From: Nageia nagi
Taxonomy: Eukaryota > Plantae > Pinophyta
Reading direction: 5' to 3'
Assembly (NCBI GenBank): GCA_050084985.1
Contig: JBITNC010000002.1
Coordinates: forward strand, 10,912,001 to 10,976,000
Length of the DNA: 64,000 bases
Shown: in pieces, positions 12,461 through 27,263 of the stretch
Numbering within the stretch: position 1 is the stretch's first letter
Layout: each line of letters opens with the position of its first letter
The notes under the pieces: generated by a model
What the model saw: only the letters and a program-made list of their open reading frames with translations
What the model was told of the DNA's origin: nothing
The model's database searches: none
Program-made: the position numbers and the translations under genes

Positions 12461-13700
12461 TGAGAATGATGAAGCTTAAACCAAATAAAGCTAGAGTGGG
12501 TATCAAAAGATACTAAAGTAAAAAAGCTTCATAGTGAGTCTTGAATAAGAGCAGCTACTCCTCCTGAACCTCTAACTCCACCTAAGCAATGAGTAGTTTG
12601 GTGACAACTAGACCACCAAGAGTACCCACTGATGGATGGTAGGGCATGTTCCATACTCTCATGAGTCTCACATATGATAATAATATCATATCCATTAACT
12701 ACCTTTGAAAGTGAGCCAAGGGAAGACCATGTCATACCATTGCGATTCCAATAAGCTATATTAAGCTCCTCATTCACCCCCTTACATTACTTAGAATGTC
12801 ATTTAGTAAGTAAAGGCTTGGACCATCCTAGTGGAGGGAAGTCCCTAATGAAAACATGTCGATTACAAATTACTTCTTGTTTGTTACCTTTTTGAGCTAC
12901 AACCACTTATTCCCTAGCTTTATTCAATTCATCAACTTGTAATCTCGTGAGGTCCTCATCTAGATATATCTTATTCAAAAGATCGAATAGTTTTTGTTTG
13001 ACCCATAAAATAGTCATATGTTCTTCAACATTCTTGAAATGTATAGCCAATGTGGAATCAAAAGGAACCCAAGATTTCTGTAACTAAATTTGTTATTCCA
13101 AGAGTATAATGAATGAAGATGTTACCTTCTTTAAGTGGATCAACTAGTTTGGTAACTCCACAAACTCAAATATTGAGGGATTTGGTATTGCAAATTCTCT
13201 ATTCTTTGAACATGGTTTGATTGCAAGCTTAAGTAATGGAGGACTCTTCTTTCCAATTGCTACCTAGATCCAAGAATGCTAACCAACTAATTTCCAACTC
13301 TATTTAATGAATGTTTTTCATAAACATTCTTGTTTGGATGAGAGAGCAACTTATTCTACTTAGTGTTCTTGGAGTTTGGAAATAAGATCCTTCTACCCCT
13401 CTTAGCCTACAATGAATTCAACGTGTAGATTAGCAACTTCTTCTATGGTTTGGATCCCTAAAGAGATCTATGATTGAAGCTTGGTTACTTGCTCTTCCAG
13501 CTATAGGATTCGCTCTGCCAGTGTTGTGATGTTATTCTTTTATTCTGATACTACATGCAAAATATCCAATAATTGCTTCTCGAACAGATCTAGTTTTGTT
13601 TGAAATAAATATATTTTTTCTTACATATTTGAACTTGTGTCTCCTGCATACAAATCTTTAATTACCTATATTTTTTCTTTTTCAAGTTCATTCAGCATCC
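12461..13700 (-). mobile_element. LINE 5' part (ORF1 remnant and APE endonuclease start), cut by the CACTA
   Basis: LNIAYWNRNG...YDIIIICETH...GSGGVAALI at 12529-12777; ORF1-like IYLDEDLTRLQ near 12940-12970. Confidence 0.8.
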
Positions 13701-14599
13701 CTAGAGGTGGCTATAGAATAAATTCTTGAAACCCCTTCAACAAATTACACACTGTAGAAGACCTCAACCACAAATCCCAATCAAAAACCTTATACTATAT
13801 AAGAATGGATTTGGAACATGTAAAGTCATAAATGAGGCCACTACACTCATTTATGACACTACTTAGCTCCCAAAATGCATCTATATTTGTAGAAGGATCC
13901 CTACCATGAAAGTGTTATTTGTAGAATGTTGCAAAATCTAATATCATTCATCAAGATTTCAAAAACCATGGTTTCTCTACTAGACAATATGGACAAGATC
14001 GAATTTGATGATAATAAAATGTGATCCACTTGCAGATCTTCACATTGGAGGAGACTCGCAAGACAAAGGCAATGGATAACTTGTGAAGAACTTATTTATA
14101 GTTAATTTCATAATGATCATTGATGATGTATAGTGTTTAAAGAATCTACATTTCACCCTTGCAACTCACTACATTGTTAAATTAATTGTAAGTGTTATTA
14201 AAGGAATATTCAAATAAAACAAATGAAATTTATGCTATAATGAACTTGAGATGAATTTTAAGAAAGAGTTGATCCTTGAGAATAAATAACTAAATTCCAA
14301 GAAGAATTTAATGAGACCCATCTAGGAATATTGAAGCTATAATAGATAATTAATGGAATATAAGGGCATCTACTTGGTAGTCAACCTCCAAGCTATTGAA
14401 GCAAAACTCAATACCACTATTGAGGGAAAAAAATGATAAAGGATTGAAGCTTCCCAAAATGGATTTCCAAAATTTCCAAGGATGTCAAAATTTAGACTTA
14501 AATGAAGGATTTAAAAATTGAGATAAAGACTCACTAGGAAAAAGCAAAATTACTCCATACTTGCTTTATTGTAACTATGGAGCTGTTATAACTCAATAG

Positions 14600-16820
14600 A
14601 GGATTAAACCTTCAAACTAGACCCACTCATATCCATTAGTACATTAAAATGTTTCTCTAATTTTTCTTTCAATAGTATCTTCTCCTAGATTACCTTGGTA
14701 TATGCATAGAACAACAATGTAAAAACATGTTTTGACACTGTGTTTAAAAAAAACTAGATCTTTTTACAAATAAAAAATTAATACAAAGAGATATATAATT
14801 AAGATAAGATAAGATAATTTTTTTAATATCCTTTTAAACCTGATGGTTTGTAGGACCTATTAAATTTTATCCAAAAGTAAATATAAATAAATTATGTAAT
14901 TGAATGTTTGTTTCTAATTAAATTAAGTTGTATAATAAAATCGCCAAGCTGTTTTTGATTATCTTGATTTAGTAATTCATGATCAAGCCATAATTACAAA
15001 TACTTTTATTGGTTTGTATAATGCATTCATAAAGTGAACAAAGAAAGAGAAAATTAGTCTTAACTTCTATGTTATTTAGGTTACAAATCTTAGACTTGTT
15101 CTTTTATCCAAAGGTGCTTTAATTTTTATCCATCTATCAATTTTGTTATCCAATTCGTGTGAATTAGTGCTTAATTTTATGATCGCAAGTTTCTCTTTGA
15201 GACAACCAATCTTATATGGATAAGATTTATATTTAAGTTTTGGATTAATTATTTTTTGATATTAAGCTATTTTTCTTTTATTTTTGATATTATCATCACT
15301 CCATAATTTTTGAGTTACTTTATTTGCAATATGTAATTTAAATTTAGCGGTATTTAAAGGGGTTATGTTATTGTGTGAGCCCCAAAAATCAAGTGACTTA
15401 TCAAAGTATTTTATCCAATTTCTTGTAAGTTGTTGAAGGATTAGAAAATGGTGTTGGAAACTACAAGTAACCTATGTTGATCTAAATTTGTTATTTTATA
15501 ATTGTATGATATATATCCTTTTAAAGCTTCATTTTCAATAGGAAGTAAACCAACTTCCATGACAAGGATAGGGTATGGTATGCTATTTTTTATTTTGAAT
15601 TTATAAATAATGAATTATTTTTTTAATTATTTTCCATGTTTATCAAGAAATGCTTCCACCCTAAACTTCACAACCATAAATTATTATTAGATTTATGAGT
15701 TAAGAGAAAAGATTTTTCTTTTTATCTTAGTTTTAAAGTCTCATATTTTATATTAATTTTCTAGGCTATAAAATGCTTTTCACTTAACAAAAATTCTTTT
15801 TTTGAGTTTATACTTTATAATAATTAATTATTACTATGTAAATTCATTGAATTTTTTTTTCCTCTTGAGAGATCTCAACATGCTCTCAAGTCAAGGTTGA
15901 ATTAGATCATTTTCAAAATGGCTATCTACATACCATATGAATATAGAAACATGTTAGTTCTTAGGATATCCTCCTTGCACCTTAAAATCCATGCTTCCTC
16001 TCCAATAAGTTGATGAACTAGATTTAAAACTCATTGAATACGATGTATTATAGGGGGTGTAATAAAAAAAAGGTATCCATAATAAATCTAAATCTAAAAG
16101 ATCATCATAATTAAGCTTTCATAGAATTTCATATTGGATGAGAGTATGATAAAATAAAATAAAAATAAAAAATTGATAATGGAATCATTAAAAAGATTAT
16201 TTGGGATCAAAATGAAAAGAGGTATAATGGGAAAGCATAAATTTGTCAAGTCTCCTTTATACTCTCTTACTCTATTATCAAAAATTTGACTATGTTTATT
16301 ACAGAGTGAAGTTGTACTAATATTCTATGAATGAACAATTTGGATCAATGAGGCAAAGAGTTTTCTTGAAAAATCCTATTCATGCCTCTCTCCCATACAC
16401 TAATGTTGAGGATGCATCTAATCTTATCATACATGAATTCTAGCTACCATGTTAAATCTCCATAAATAATCTATATTGTAGGAGGAAGAATTTTTGCTAA
16501 CCTTCTCCAAAACATTCAATGTTCTTCAACAACATTGAGAGCATAAATAGTATTTCTATGCCCTTTAAGATTCTAAGATAATACTTTCATAAAGAATAAT
16601 TCAACCACATATCCCATCAATATTCTCATCATTTGCTTTATTTTTGAAGGCAACATAATTATTATGCAAAAAATATTATGAGAGAGTACCACAAAAATAC
16701 TTTCTATTTTTTCCTTCCTCTAAATCCTATGAAAGTTATAAGAATGATATGATTATTTAGTTCAAAGTGAAGAAAAAACTTGCTCCAATTAAGTGGAAGA
16801 TACAATATCTTAAAAATTAC
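14600..16820 (+). repeat. Segmental duplication, copy 1 (pairs with 27360-30420)
   Basis: Colinear similarity over ~2.2 kb, including the same LINE 3' fragment and the same flanking sequence. Confidence 0.85.
14890..15870 (-). mobile_element. LINE ORF2 C-terminal remnant
   Basis: YGCEV*GG motif; paralogous to the LINE fragment at 27650-28620. Confidence 0.7.
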
Positions 16821-19646
16821 TAAAAGTAAAGATAAATTATATTAACATCCACTTGGAGACCAATTTATTTGATAAATTTAAATAAACTAAATTGGAGCTG
16901 TGATACAATAACAATAAAGTGGAATTAAATCTAAACAACTAAATTAATGTAAAAGATAAGATTACAAAGTATGAATTTTAGAGTTGAATCTTCATTAACT
17001 CTTCAATGGTGAGAGTTTTAGTAAAATGTAAACAATAATAATTCACTAACTAGCTAGAACCAAACTCAACTAGATTACAAGTATTCTAACCTAGTAGTTG
17101 ATAACAAGAAAGATTACACATGTTCTACATTCCAAGGCAAGTTAGAAGATAAAATAAAATGTACAATAAAACTAAAAAAATACCTCAATATTAACAAGTT
17201 ACAAAGCATTGCAAATCTGGTAGGGTGCATATCAGTAAGATAGGTCTAGTCAGTGGGCTAAGGATCGGTTGGCATATTTGGGGGCTAGTTGTCAAATGAC
17301 CGATTCGCTAGCCAGTTTTTAGGGTACCAAATGGCAATGAAATCAAAATATAAGTGAATTACCTTAGTATATTATATGATTTTCCAACATTTTCCCCCTT
17401 GATGCAAAGAGGGCTCACCATGGAGTCTCTAAGAATCATATATTGAGCCTTGACAACACCTTTTGTGAAGATTTCAGCTAAATTGATCTTTGTGTTGCAA
17501 TAGTGAAGCTCAATTTGTTTCTTCTCCACCATATCATGGATGAAATGATACTTCAATTGAATGTGCTTTGAACTACTTTGGTGGATGGGATTATGTGCTA
17601 ATTGAATGGCAGTCTGATTGTCACTATAAACTATTATTGGTCTATGTTGTTTCTCATCAATCTCTTCAAGTAACTTCCTCATCCATAATGCTTGAGAATT
17701 GTATGCTATAAGAGCAATATACTCTACTTCACAAGAGGAAAGTGCTATTGTATATTACTTTTTGGAGCTCCATGTAATTAGATATGAACCAAATGACAAA
17801 CATTATCTAGAAGTGAACTTCCTATTATCAAGATTGTTACCCCAATCACTATCACTGAAACTAACAAGTTCCATCTTCTTTGCATGAGAATAATGGAGAC
17901 CATAATTAATGGTGCCTTTAACATGTCTCAAAATATGTTTTGCAACCTTCATATGCAAAATGGAAGGATCATTCATATATCTAGACACCATTGAGACAAT
18001 AAATTGAATATGTGGCCTAATATTGTAAAGAAATATGAAACTAACTACAATGCTCCTAAATTCAATTACGTTTATTTTTGGAGCACCATCATCTTTGCAA
18101 AGAAACTCTCCATGAGTTATAGGATTTAAAAAATTAGTACAATTATCCATGCCAGATTTTGTGAGCATATCTCTTGCATACTTGCTTTGGCAAACAAAAA
18201 AATATTCTTGACATTGGTGGATCTCCATGCCAATAAAATATCTTATAAGACCTATATCCTTCATATCAAAATCATGCATCAAATCAAATCTGAATTTTTC
18301 ATTCATAATAGAATCACTTCCCATATAAATCAAATCATCAACATAAAAAGAAACAAGTAAAATTTGATTATCTTATCTTTTGATGTAGAGTGTTGGCTTA
18401 TTTTTTCTCCTAATGAGTCTAAACCTTTGGAAGTATCCATCAATTTGAGTGTACCAAGCTCTTGGATCTTGCTTGAGATGATACAAGGCTTTCTTGAGCT
18501 TGTATATATGCTGCTCTTTATCTTGCACTTGAAATTCTTGAGGTTTCTTCATATAAACCTCCTCATACAAATAGCCATTCAAGAATGCACTCTTTACATC
18601 CATTTGATGTACACTCCAATATTTTTGGGCAACCAATGAAATAAGCATTCTTACTATTTCTTGTCTTGCAATCGATGCAAAAGTCTCTTCAAAATCCACA
18701 CCATATTTTTTTATGAACCCTTTGGCAACCAATCATTCTTTATGTATTTCAATTGTTACATCATTATTATATTTATTTTTGTAGACCCACTTGGAGCCTA
18801 CACAACTCTTTCTTTTGCTCAACTCATAAAGCCCCCAGATATCATTCTTTTCAATTGAGTGAAGCTCTTTTTCAATGGCATTCAACTACATTTTTGGTTC
18901 AATCTTCCTCATAACAAGATGGATCAAAATTAGAAAAAATAACATTCTGGTTTGCACACAATGCATAATTAACCATTTCTCCCTTTGTATCTTCATCTAT
19001 TTCCATATCACTAAATTGATTCATAGTTTTTCCATTTCATAAAATTGACTTCTAGCAAGCCTTTGATGAAAGTTTGGATCTAAAACTTAAGAAGGAGTAT
19101 GGTTTTGAAAATGCCTTTTACCTCTTTTTGTTTTCATCACTTCTTGAATTACATTTGGAGAACCACCACGTGAAGGAGAATTAGGAGTGGATTTGGAGCT
19201 ATTGGAGGGACTTGATGGAGGACTTGGAGGTACCACTTGAAGATTTGGATCTCTTGGGCTACACATTCTTCAATTTTTAAGTGTTTTCATGGTTAACCAC
19301 TTCTCCCCCAATATACACAATGCATTTTTGTTGTTGTCCATAGATATTCCCTTCCTCAAAAATGACATCTTTGGACATAATTATTTTCTTGGTTCTTGGA
19401 TTGTAAAGCATATATGCTTTACTCTCTTCACTATACCTAATTAACACATATGGTTCACTATTTGCATATAATTTTTTTCTATTTTTTTTTGCACATAAGC
19501 ATATGCCAAACATTCAAAAACTCTAAAATATCAAACAATTAGCTTCTTATCAAACCAAGCTTCAAAAATGTTCTTTCCTTAAATTGTAGTAGTTGAGAAT
19601 CTATTTAAAATGTAATTGGATGTTCTCATTGCTTCAGCCCAATATA

Positions 19647-20738
19647 CACTACTACATTTTAGAGATTTTACATCATATGATGCATCATAAAATTGCATTT
19701 TGATGCCATGATGCAATATGCATCATTATTTCACATGTCTACATTGATCTAGATAAAACCATTTTTTTGACTCATTGGTTGACTCATTGAATGACACATT
19801 GTATGATGCATTGTTTGATGCATTTTAGTGCATCAAGCAATGTGTCAAGTGATACATGAACCAAAAAAAAGGTGCAAATTATGCACATGGATTATGGCAT
19901 GATCTGCTATTGACCGTTGATGCATTCCTTGATTGATAATGGAGTTTTAGTGGCGAGTATGATGCCATTGAAGAGTAAATAAGGGAGCTTGCCCTTTATA
20001 AGGGTATTTTTATGGATATAGGGATGTATTTTTAGTGATGCAAGTTTGCAAGAGTTGAAGGCAAGTTGGAGAACATAGATAGTAGTGTATATGCATTTTA
20101 TGGTAAGAAAAATATGCATTGCATGCTTCAACCACCCATGAATTTCGATAAAGGAGGTCCTCAATATTTGGTGGATGCCGATGAAATTTTTGACTGTATG
20201 CTCATGGAATACAATAATTTTAGGTTACCAAAGATACAACTTTCCTCAATAAACATTGAAACTATTTCACCAAATGCAATAAACACGAGCAGTAGTCCAA
20301 CCAAATGAATTCACCTTTCCCAGCATCCTCAAAGCATGGACCAAAATAAGAGACTTGTAAAAGAGTTTATACATACATCAAAGACTCTTTAAAATAATTT
20401 TTTATCAAATGTTATGGTTGTGAGTATCTTGTTATACGTATATACAAAATATGGAAGTGTAGAGAATATAGATGAATTATTTGATAAGATGCAAACTCTC
20501 ATCCCTATCATGTTGATGTATTATTTGATGCATACATGACATATAAAGCATCATGTATAGCATCAATTATTTGATGCTCATAACTCTATATATGACACAT
20601 TACCTGATGCATAAATGATGCTTTGTTTAACAGTACCCTTAGCATCAATTTATGCATTGAGATTTCTACAATTTTTTTTTTAAATAAGACTATGGATTGA
20701 CATATTGTATGATGCAAAATCGATAAAATGTAGTAGTG
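19647..20738. mobile_element. Complete non-autonomous CACTA element (1092 bp) inserted in Copia integrase
   Basis: 15-bp TIR CACTACTACATTTTA / TAAAATGTAGTAGTG; 3-bp TSD ATA (19644-19646, 20739-20741); TGATGCA subterminal repeats at both ends. Confidence 0.95.
20168..20337 (+). pseudogene. Captured PPR gene fragment inside the small CACTA
   Basis: LVDADEIFDCML / SWNTIILGYQRYNFPQ*TLKLFHQMQ*TRAVVQPNEFTFPSILKA. Confidence 0.8.
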
Positions 20739-21579
20739 ATATATTATGCAATTTTTTTATTGCAATATACATCTTGCCATCTCTATGAGAGTTCTATTTT
20801 TTCTCTCAGCCATTTCATTTTGTTAAGGAGTATAGGTTGTAGTGTATTGCCTCTTAATACTATTTTTTTTACAAAAATTAATAAATTTAGTAGAAGTATA
20901 CTCTCCCCTCTATCACTTAGTACACATGTTATTTCATGCTCACTCTCATTTTCAACCAACTCCTTGAATTCCTTAAAATACCCAAATACTTGATCTTTAT
21001 GTTTTAGAAAATAAATCTAACACATTATACTAAAATCATCAATAAAAGTGAGAAAATAGGAATTCATACCAATACTTTTGGATTTCATTGGACCACATAA
21101 ATTAGTATCCACCAATTATAGTGGGAATGATTCATTCCATTCTTTCCCATGATTAAATTTCTATCTTGCTTGCTTGCCCAAAACATAAGCTTAACAAATA
21201 GATTTTGGATCTTAAATGAGAGGTAAACCATGAACAAGATCATGAAATAGCTTTAAAATGTTAAAATTCAAGTGGCCAAATATAAGATGCCACAACCAAG
21301 ACATATCAATGACAACTACATTTACAAGAATATTGTCCCCTTTATCCCCAAGCTTCAATGAAAATAACCACTTTGCAATCATGTGAACAATAGTAACATG
21401 CTTGTTCCCATGATTCTTATTAAAAACTCACATTTTTAATCTTCAAAAACCAACTTGTAGTTGTTCTCCATAATCTTCCCAATACTAAGCAAACTATGAA
21501 CCATATCTAGAGTATGATAAACATTATTCACCTTCTTCATTCCATGCTTGGTAAGCACCATAAGCATGCCTTTACTAGC

Positions 21580-24500
21580 CACTTTTATGGTTTCCATACA
21601 GCACTCATGCTTTGAAGCTTCTTTAAAGATTGAGGGCTCATGCTTGTTGTCAATCTTGGCAAATAAGGATTTGTTCAAGGTTATGCTCCTTGTTACCTTT
21701 TGTGTAGGAGAATTTTGTTCCTAAGGTGACTTTTCTACATCAATATCTAACCAGTTAGGTGTAACTAAAGAATCCTCTAGATCATTAACATCCTCTTTAG
21801 AAGTAGATTCTTTAGGAATTTCATTGAACTTTACATCCCTTGAAATGAACACTTCTTTATAGGATGGATAGTAGAGCCTGTAGCCTCTATGCTGACTTTC
21901 ATAACCCATAAAGATGCATTTTTAGCCTTTTTGTCTAACTTTTTCTTTTTCTTAGAAATAATGTAGGAGAATGCTTCACAACCAAACACCCAAAGGTGAG
22001 AAATGTTAGGTTTGCTTCCTGACCATGCCTCAAAAGGAGTTTTACCCTAAATGACTTTTATGAGACACATATTCAAGGTGTAAATATTAATGCTCATAGA
22101 TTCACCTCACAAGAAACTAAGAAGATTACCTAACATGCATCTAGCCATTTCTATAATTATTCTATTTTTCTTTTTGGTCACTCTATTCTACTGAGGAGTG
22201 TAAGGAATCATAAACTACCTCTTGATTCCATACTTAGCACAATAGTCATTGAACTCATTGATACTATATTCTCCCCCATTATCTAATCTTAACATCTTGA
22301 TTTTAAGGTTAGTTTGATTCTCAACAAAGGCCTTAAAAACCTTAAAACTCTCCAAGGTTTGATCCTTGTGCTCAAATAGATACCTAAAGGTCATCTTACT
22401 AAAGTCATCAATGAAGGTCAAGATGTAAGATGCTTCTCTAAGCAACTTAATTTAAAATGGACCCATCAAATCTAGATGCAAAAGTTGAAGAGGTTGAGAT
22501 GCTCTTCTTTTCATATTATTTTTAAACTTTTATTTATGCATCTTGCTAAAAATGTACTTCTCGCAAAGATCAATCAAAAGAGAAATTAAAGTAAACCTTT
22601 CACAAGTTCTTAGTCTTTTATTATTTGAATACTCTTATGGTTAAGGTGCCCTAAACATTGGTGCCAAAGATTACCTCTTGAACACACACTTGTAGCAAGA
22701 CACATCTTTGATGGAACTTGATCCATAATGTAGAGATCATATTTCATTGATCTTTTAACCAATGTGGTAAGTCCTTTCTTAATGCACCAAGATTGAGAGT
22801 TGAACTCAAAAGAGTACCCTTTTCTAGCAACTTGGATTATAAAGAGAAGGTTCATCCTTAACTTAAGAACATGGAGAACATTTTTAAAAAAAAATTTGTG
22901 AATCAACACACTTCCAATTCCTTGGAATTCAAGGATAGAGTTATCACCTATCACAACTGCATATTTTCTATACTTGTGAAAGTTTACAAACTTTTCCTTT
23001 TCAAAGCATAGTGATTAGTGCAACCAAAATCAATAATCTAATCAGACAAAAAAATATGAGATATGGAGTAGAGCATTGCAACAAGACTAGCTTGAATATT
23101 CTTCTTTCCTTTGAATTTATTTACATTTTCATTACCTTTATTCTTTTTCTCTCTTTTTTTTTGTAGCAATCAACTTCTTTGTGACCTTGTATGCCATAAT
23201 AGTTACAATGACTATCAAACTTTTCTTTAGGATATGGATTATTTGCTTTGCCTTTTCCATCTCTTTACTTGAAGTGGTTTTTATTGCCATTGTTTTAGTT
23301 ACTATTGCTGTTGTTCTTATTTTTACCATTGTTGCCATTATTCCTCTTGTTATTGTAGCCATTACCTTTTTTATCAAACCTTTTGGAGGAAGAAGGATAA
23401 GATTTCTTTTTATGGTTGAACTTCTTCTTGAAATGGGATTTGGTTGCTCCAAAAGCAACATTATTATCCTTAAAAGAAGAATTCAACACCTTTTATTTAG
23501 GGTTTCCTCATGCTTCAAAAGAAATCTAGAAAGATTCTCAAGGGAGAAGAATTATTCTTCATCATCAAGCCTTGTTTCCATAATCATCATAAAGTTTTCA
23601 AATTTTGAAGAAAGGCTTTGAAGAATGATGAATACCATGAACTCATCATTGATCTAATTACACTCATAAGCAACAAGTTGAGTCCTTAGTTCAATGATTT
23701 TATTCAAGTAGATAGCCACATTTTCATCTTCCCTTTGATAATATTGAAGCAACTTTTGGAGAATAGTAAATCTTCTTGAAAATTTTAAACCATGGTATAT
23801 TTGTTTAGGCTTATCCCAAGCTTCATTTACTAAGGTTGAAGAGGAAATCATCAAGAGCACATCACTTGAAACTGCATGGAAGATCATGGAGGTTGCCAAC
23901 TCATTCTTTATGTTGTAAACCTTTAGTGCCTTCTCATCTGTAGGAGGTATAAGGTTCTCATTCACTATTTGTCGAAGCTTCCTTGCTTGTACTTTAGCTC
24001 TCATCTGAGGTTCACAAATACCAAAGTTGAAACCATTAAGAATGTGTTTGGATAAAAAGAATTCTCCCATTTGCTACATAATAATGTGAAAAATAATAAG
24101 CATATGGTTTAATAAACAACATTATATGTTTAAATTTTAACCAAGTAAGTAATACATGATTCATTTAATTAAGACATGCTTGATTTGATTCACTAGTTCA
24201 AATGTCTTACAACTCAATAATAATCCATGTACCAAATACATTTCTCATCTCAAAAATTGTAGATGTAGAGTGACATTGTTGAGGCTTATTTTCTTATCTA
24301 AAATTAGGCTTTCACCTGGATGCCCACATAAGAGGAGCCCAAGTACTACTAATCCTTAACTAGTTTGCCTTGGTCACTATTATCCTCTCACAAAGAGAAG
24401 TACCTATTATTTTTCAAAGTTATGATAAATATTGGATTGAACAAATTATTAATCTTGATTAGGTTTCAAGTTGTCCTCCTAGCTTATTAGGATAATCCCT

Positions 24501-27263
24501 GAATGGACATGCAGACATGTGGTATCACTACACACATGCCTGTCCACCTATTGGAGTTATGTCCAAACCAATAGAGGACTTAGGGTCAATTGAGAAGTAT
24601 GAACTTTTCACCACTTTTATCATCGAACTTAAAGGCTCCATTCCACCTATCCTCACCTCATTGCTCTCTAAACAAGTCATGTTGCAGAATGTATATGCGG
24701 ATGTGTTCATTTTAGGGGGTTTCTCATATCAATATTTGCATTTTTGTTTGCATAAGTAAATAAAGCAAAAAATAAAAAATGAATTAAAGAGCATAAATAA
24801 AACATCATTCATTTAAAATTTGAAACCTAAGTGTCCAATGGGTTTTGTTTACCAAGCCCTAAAGGACATCTTTACATCATTCCTAGTTTTGCACAAGTCC
24901 ATTTTGCATAAAGAAGTAAATTGCATCATAACTTAAGAAATTAAGTACTAAACATAAGTACTAAGCATGCTTTTATATTTTAAGTAGTGAGCATTAACTT
25001 AAGAAATTTAAGCTCTAAGAAAGTATTATTAACTTAAACATTTAAGTACTAAACTTCAATCATTTAAGCATAAGCATGCATTAACTTAACAAATAAACAT
25101 TAAGCATGCATAAAATTCAAGTACTAAGCATAAGTATGCATCATTTAATCTTTAAAAATATTTAATTAATGCATTATTTTCATAAATTAAAAAATTAAGT
25201 AATAAGCATGCATAATTTTTACAAGTATAAAAGTTTCTAAGTGATAAATATGTACTTTAAGCATAAAGGATCTAAATATTTAAGTAAAGAGATTCATAAA
25301 TATTTTCTCCCTTTTCAACTAAAAGGAAGATTCCTTCAATAAATGCTTAGTATAGTAAAAAAAATTACAAGCAAACAAATTTGTCACTTAAAAAATGTCA
25401 AGTTTATACTTTTAAAAATTGTATTCCTATCAATGCAAAAATTTCTCCTTAATACCATATATCTAAAAGTATTATTACTTGAACTGAATTTTTTTTGTTT
25501 TGACCCTTCATTTAAAAAAAAGACAACTCATCATAGTTAATGAGTTCAACCTAGAGTAATGAAGGGTAAAACAAATTAAATTCTTGACTAAGGACAAGTG
25601 CTTAAAGGAAGTTAAAGTGCAATCATTTAACTTATCTACAAATCCTACAAGGTATTAAATGAAGGGAGGAAATCCTCATGCCACTTTATGCAATTAAGTT
25701 GGCAAGTGAGAGATGATGCTTTTTTTAAAAAAAAACAAAGTCAAGCAAGCAAGTAAATAATTAAATGCACCAAAACAAGTAAGTAAAGAGAATCAAGGTT
25801 GCAAAAGGTCTATGCATAGAGGACAGGGAGATGGAGAGGGATATCAAAGAGGACCATGGGAGGAGTGCAAAGGAGATTACAGTAGGTGCAACCAGGGGAG
25901 TGAAGTGGCCATGGCTACAACATGGAGGAGGGAGGATACCACTACAATGTGGAGGAGGGAGGCAAGCATGGGTGGATGGCCATGAAGGAAAGATAGCAGA
26001 CAAGGTTGCCACTACATGTTTTAGTTCAACTTTGCATGGTTCACACAACATGGAGGAGGGAGATCGTCGATAGAGATGATAGAGCAGAGTGCAACATGGG
26101 GTTTCCAACCCTATGAAATGCCATATGTTCAATTCTTCACTTGTGTTCTAGTTTTGTAAAACACCAAAATAATTTTTTGTAATGCCAAAATATTACAATG
26201 CTTACTAGACTAAAACTTTTGAAAAAAATAAAGTTTTAAATAAATTTTTGTTCAGCAATAATGTATTTCAAAGTGAAGGCAAGGTTAGTAATAATAAATC
26301 TCCCTCCCCTTTTTTATATATTGTAAGATGTACAATAAAAAATTCAAAATAAATTTACCAACATATATTTTTTATATTAAAAAAAATACTAACATTAAGC
26401 ATTTGAGATAGTAATATCTCTCTCTTTTACTTTGTGCTAGTAAAAGAAGTTATTTCTCAAAATAAAATTGAAACAAATTGCAATTTTTTTTTTAAACATG
26501 CATATTGCTAATTTATTAAAAAAATGTTAGCATGTAAAAAAGAATTGCATTATTTTAAGCATAATTAAAAAAAATAAAAATGAACTAACACATCTTTACA
26601 AAATATGTTAGTATCAATATGAAATAATCCAAAAATAATCAAGAAGTAAGGAATTTTATACCTTTACTTGTGTTTACTTTAAAAAAGAAAATTAAACCTT
26701 AAGAAATGATGGAGAACCTCCAAGATGTTGAAGAAGAGCTTCCACACTAGGCTTTGATACCAAATGAGAGAATTGAACTATAACAAGAACAACTCTAAAC
26801 TCCCAAGATCACATGAAAGCTCACAATACACATCTAACAAACTCACAAAGCAATCTCACAAAGATAACATAAGATGTAAGTTGTTCCTTCAACTAAGAGT
26901 ACATCCACTAACTAGATCTCACTTCATTCACAAACATGAATCTCTTACAATTCTCCTAACTCGTCTCCTAAACACTATCCTATAGCATAACTTTACTTCA
27001 CAAAATTGGTGTGTGATCACAAAGAGGGAGCCTTCTATTTATAAGCCAAAATCCCTCTTTGAATCACCCTTTTATCTAATTTACATAAGCATAACATGCA
27101 CATCCTTTTACCCAAGGGGCATGCTCATGACATGGAGTGTAGCACAAGTTACATTATCATATTCACTCTAAATACTTAAGGTATCAAATGATACCCTTAA
27201 GTATTAGTGAGCTTACATAGAAGATTATTATAAAACCTTTACAATAATGCATTATACATTACA
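21580..27263 (-). mobile_element. Copia element A, 5' part (LTR 26765-27263, PBS, leader, gag, protease, integrase, RT start)
   Basis: PBS TGGTATCAAAGC 26751-26762; gag 23138-24070 with zinc-knuckle remnant; LWHQCLGHLN, YILTFIDDFSK, LRLDNGGEY, GYRLYYP; ends at EPSIFKEASKHECC. Confidence 0.88.

Larger units (their letters stand above)
16870..21580 (-). mobile_element. Copia element B, 3' part (late protease, integrase, RT, RNaseH, PPT, 3' LTR)
   Basis: RT HQMDVKSAFLNGYL (18373-18732), YVDDL region, RNaseH SDSDWG..DNQTAI..SKHIQLKYHFI (17359-18333); PPT AAGGGGGAAAA directly before TGTTGG at 17389; left LTR end ~16870 is approximate. Confidence 0.85.

Noticed and set aside
23181-23621. 146-aa hydrophobic plus-strand ORF
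   Set aside because: Antisense of the Asn/Lys-rich Copia gag region
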